Below are positions 63,341-64,000 of a DNA stretch of 64,000 nt, in pieces. The notes beneath the pieces were generated by a model. The model was not told where the DNA came from. It did no database searches and saw only the letters and a program-made list of their open reading frames with translations. The DNA is taken from positions 23,149,728-23,213,727 of the forward strand of contig NC_068984.1 of the NCBI RefSeq assembly GCF_001194135.2. Direction: 5' to 3'. The first letter of the stretch is position 1. The number at the start of each line of letters is the position of its first letter. A program made the translations under genes and the position numbers. This stretch comes from Octopus bimaculoides. Its lineage: Eukaryota.

Positions 63341-63771
63341 TGTAACGAGAGTAATCTCTCTCGAGCTTCTAGAATGTTCGAGACCTTTCTGGAAGCTTCC
63401 GGTTTTACGTGGAAGTTGAGGGCTTCCGGTCCATCCCTTATGTAAAGGAAAGAGATTCTAAATTCGCGGCATACAGTGCTTGTTGATTTTTCGACATGCA
63501 TTGGGTCAGGCCGCCGCACTTTACGCCCGCTCACATTTTCGTTCGCCTTTCTTACTTGGAGACATGTGACTGCAACCAGAACATATTCATGTAATGTTAT
63601 AAGCTTCCTTCTATTAACCTTGTATGTTAACGCATTCCCTCCAATAATAAAAGTTATGACTTATTACAAGCGTTTCGTGAATTCTATTCTCTTGTTGTTA
63701 TGAGCAAAAACAGTGACTTCCTTTACTCTCATACTGACTAAATTATAATGTGCCATTAAGTCAACGTTACA
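63341..63771 (+). mobile_element. Possible solo LTR
   Basis: Inverted ends TGTAACG / CGTTACA and an internal AATAAA near 63645, but no TSD found (aggta vs actaa). Confidence 0.4.
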
Positions 63772-64000
63772 ACTAAAAATGGATAAGCCTGACACGGACT
63801 ATACAGTTTTGGAAGTAACAGAACAATATTACAAAAGGAAAAGGACGAAAAAAATGCAGTGGTTAACAGACAGAACATTAGATAAAATTGGAGACTATCT
63901 GCAAAACACCGGTGGTATGGCACCATCTGGATCTATACTATATCAATATCCGAACTATAAAATTCAAATCATGATGAAAAAAGTATGAATACATTAACAA

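Overview
AT-rich, microsatellite- and SINE-dense animal genomic DNA with six N-gaps. The repeat families and TTAGGG-type repeats suggest a mollusc, probably an octopus (inference). Most ORFs in the supplied track are spurious. One host gene is supported: a minus-strand SLC34 (NaPi-II type) sodium/phosphate cotransporter. I reconstructed it by hand as 8 coding exons (48670-48877, 27789-27929, 22069-22200, 20299-20490, 14315-14433, 13576-13641, 11459-11606, 8161-9116). All introns are GT-AG and phase-compatible, giving about 653 aa with both QSSS motifs. The rest is transposon debris: several tRNA-derived SINE families, RTE- and CR1-like LINE fragments, mariner/Tc1 fragments, two hAT MITEs with perfect 8-bp TSDs, and an old Gypsy-like LTR element (5-bp TSD) with no recognisable RT. 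The most unusual items are a young 9-bp-TSD (Mutator-like) fold-back element whose inverted arms end in telomere-type repeats, nested inside a hAT MITE; a perfect 279-bp palindrome in the large intron; several other fold-backs; a candidate extra in-frame N-terminal exon; and a partial HDV-like ribozyme fold at the 5' end of an RTE element. I found no evidence of a new multi-gene system; the novelty here is at the level of elements and structures.
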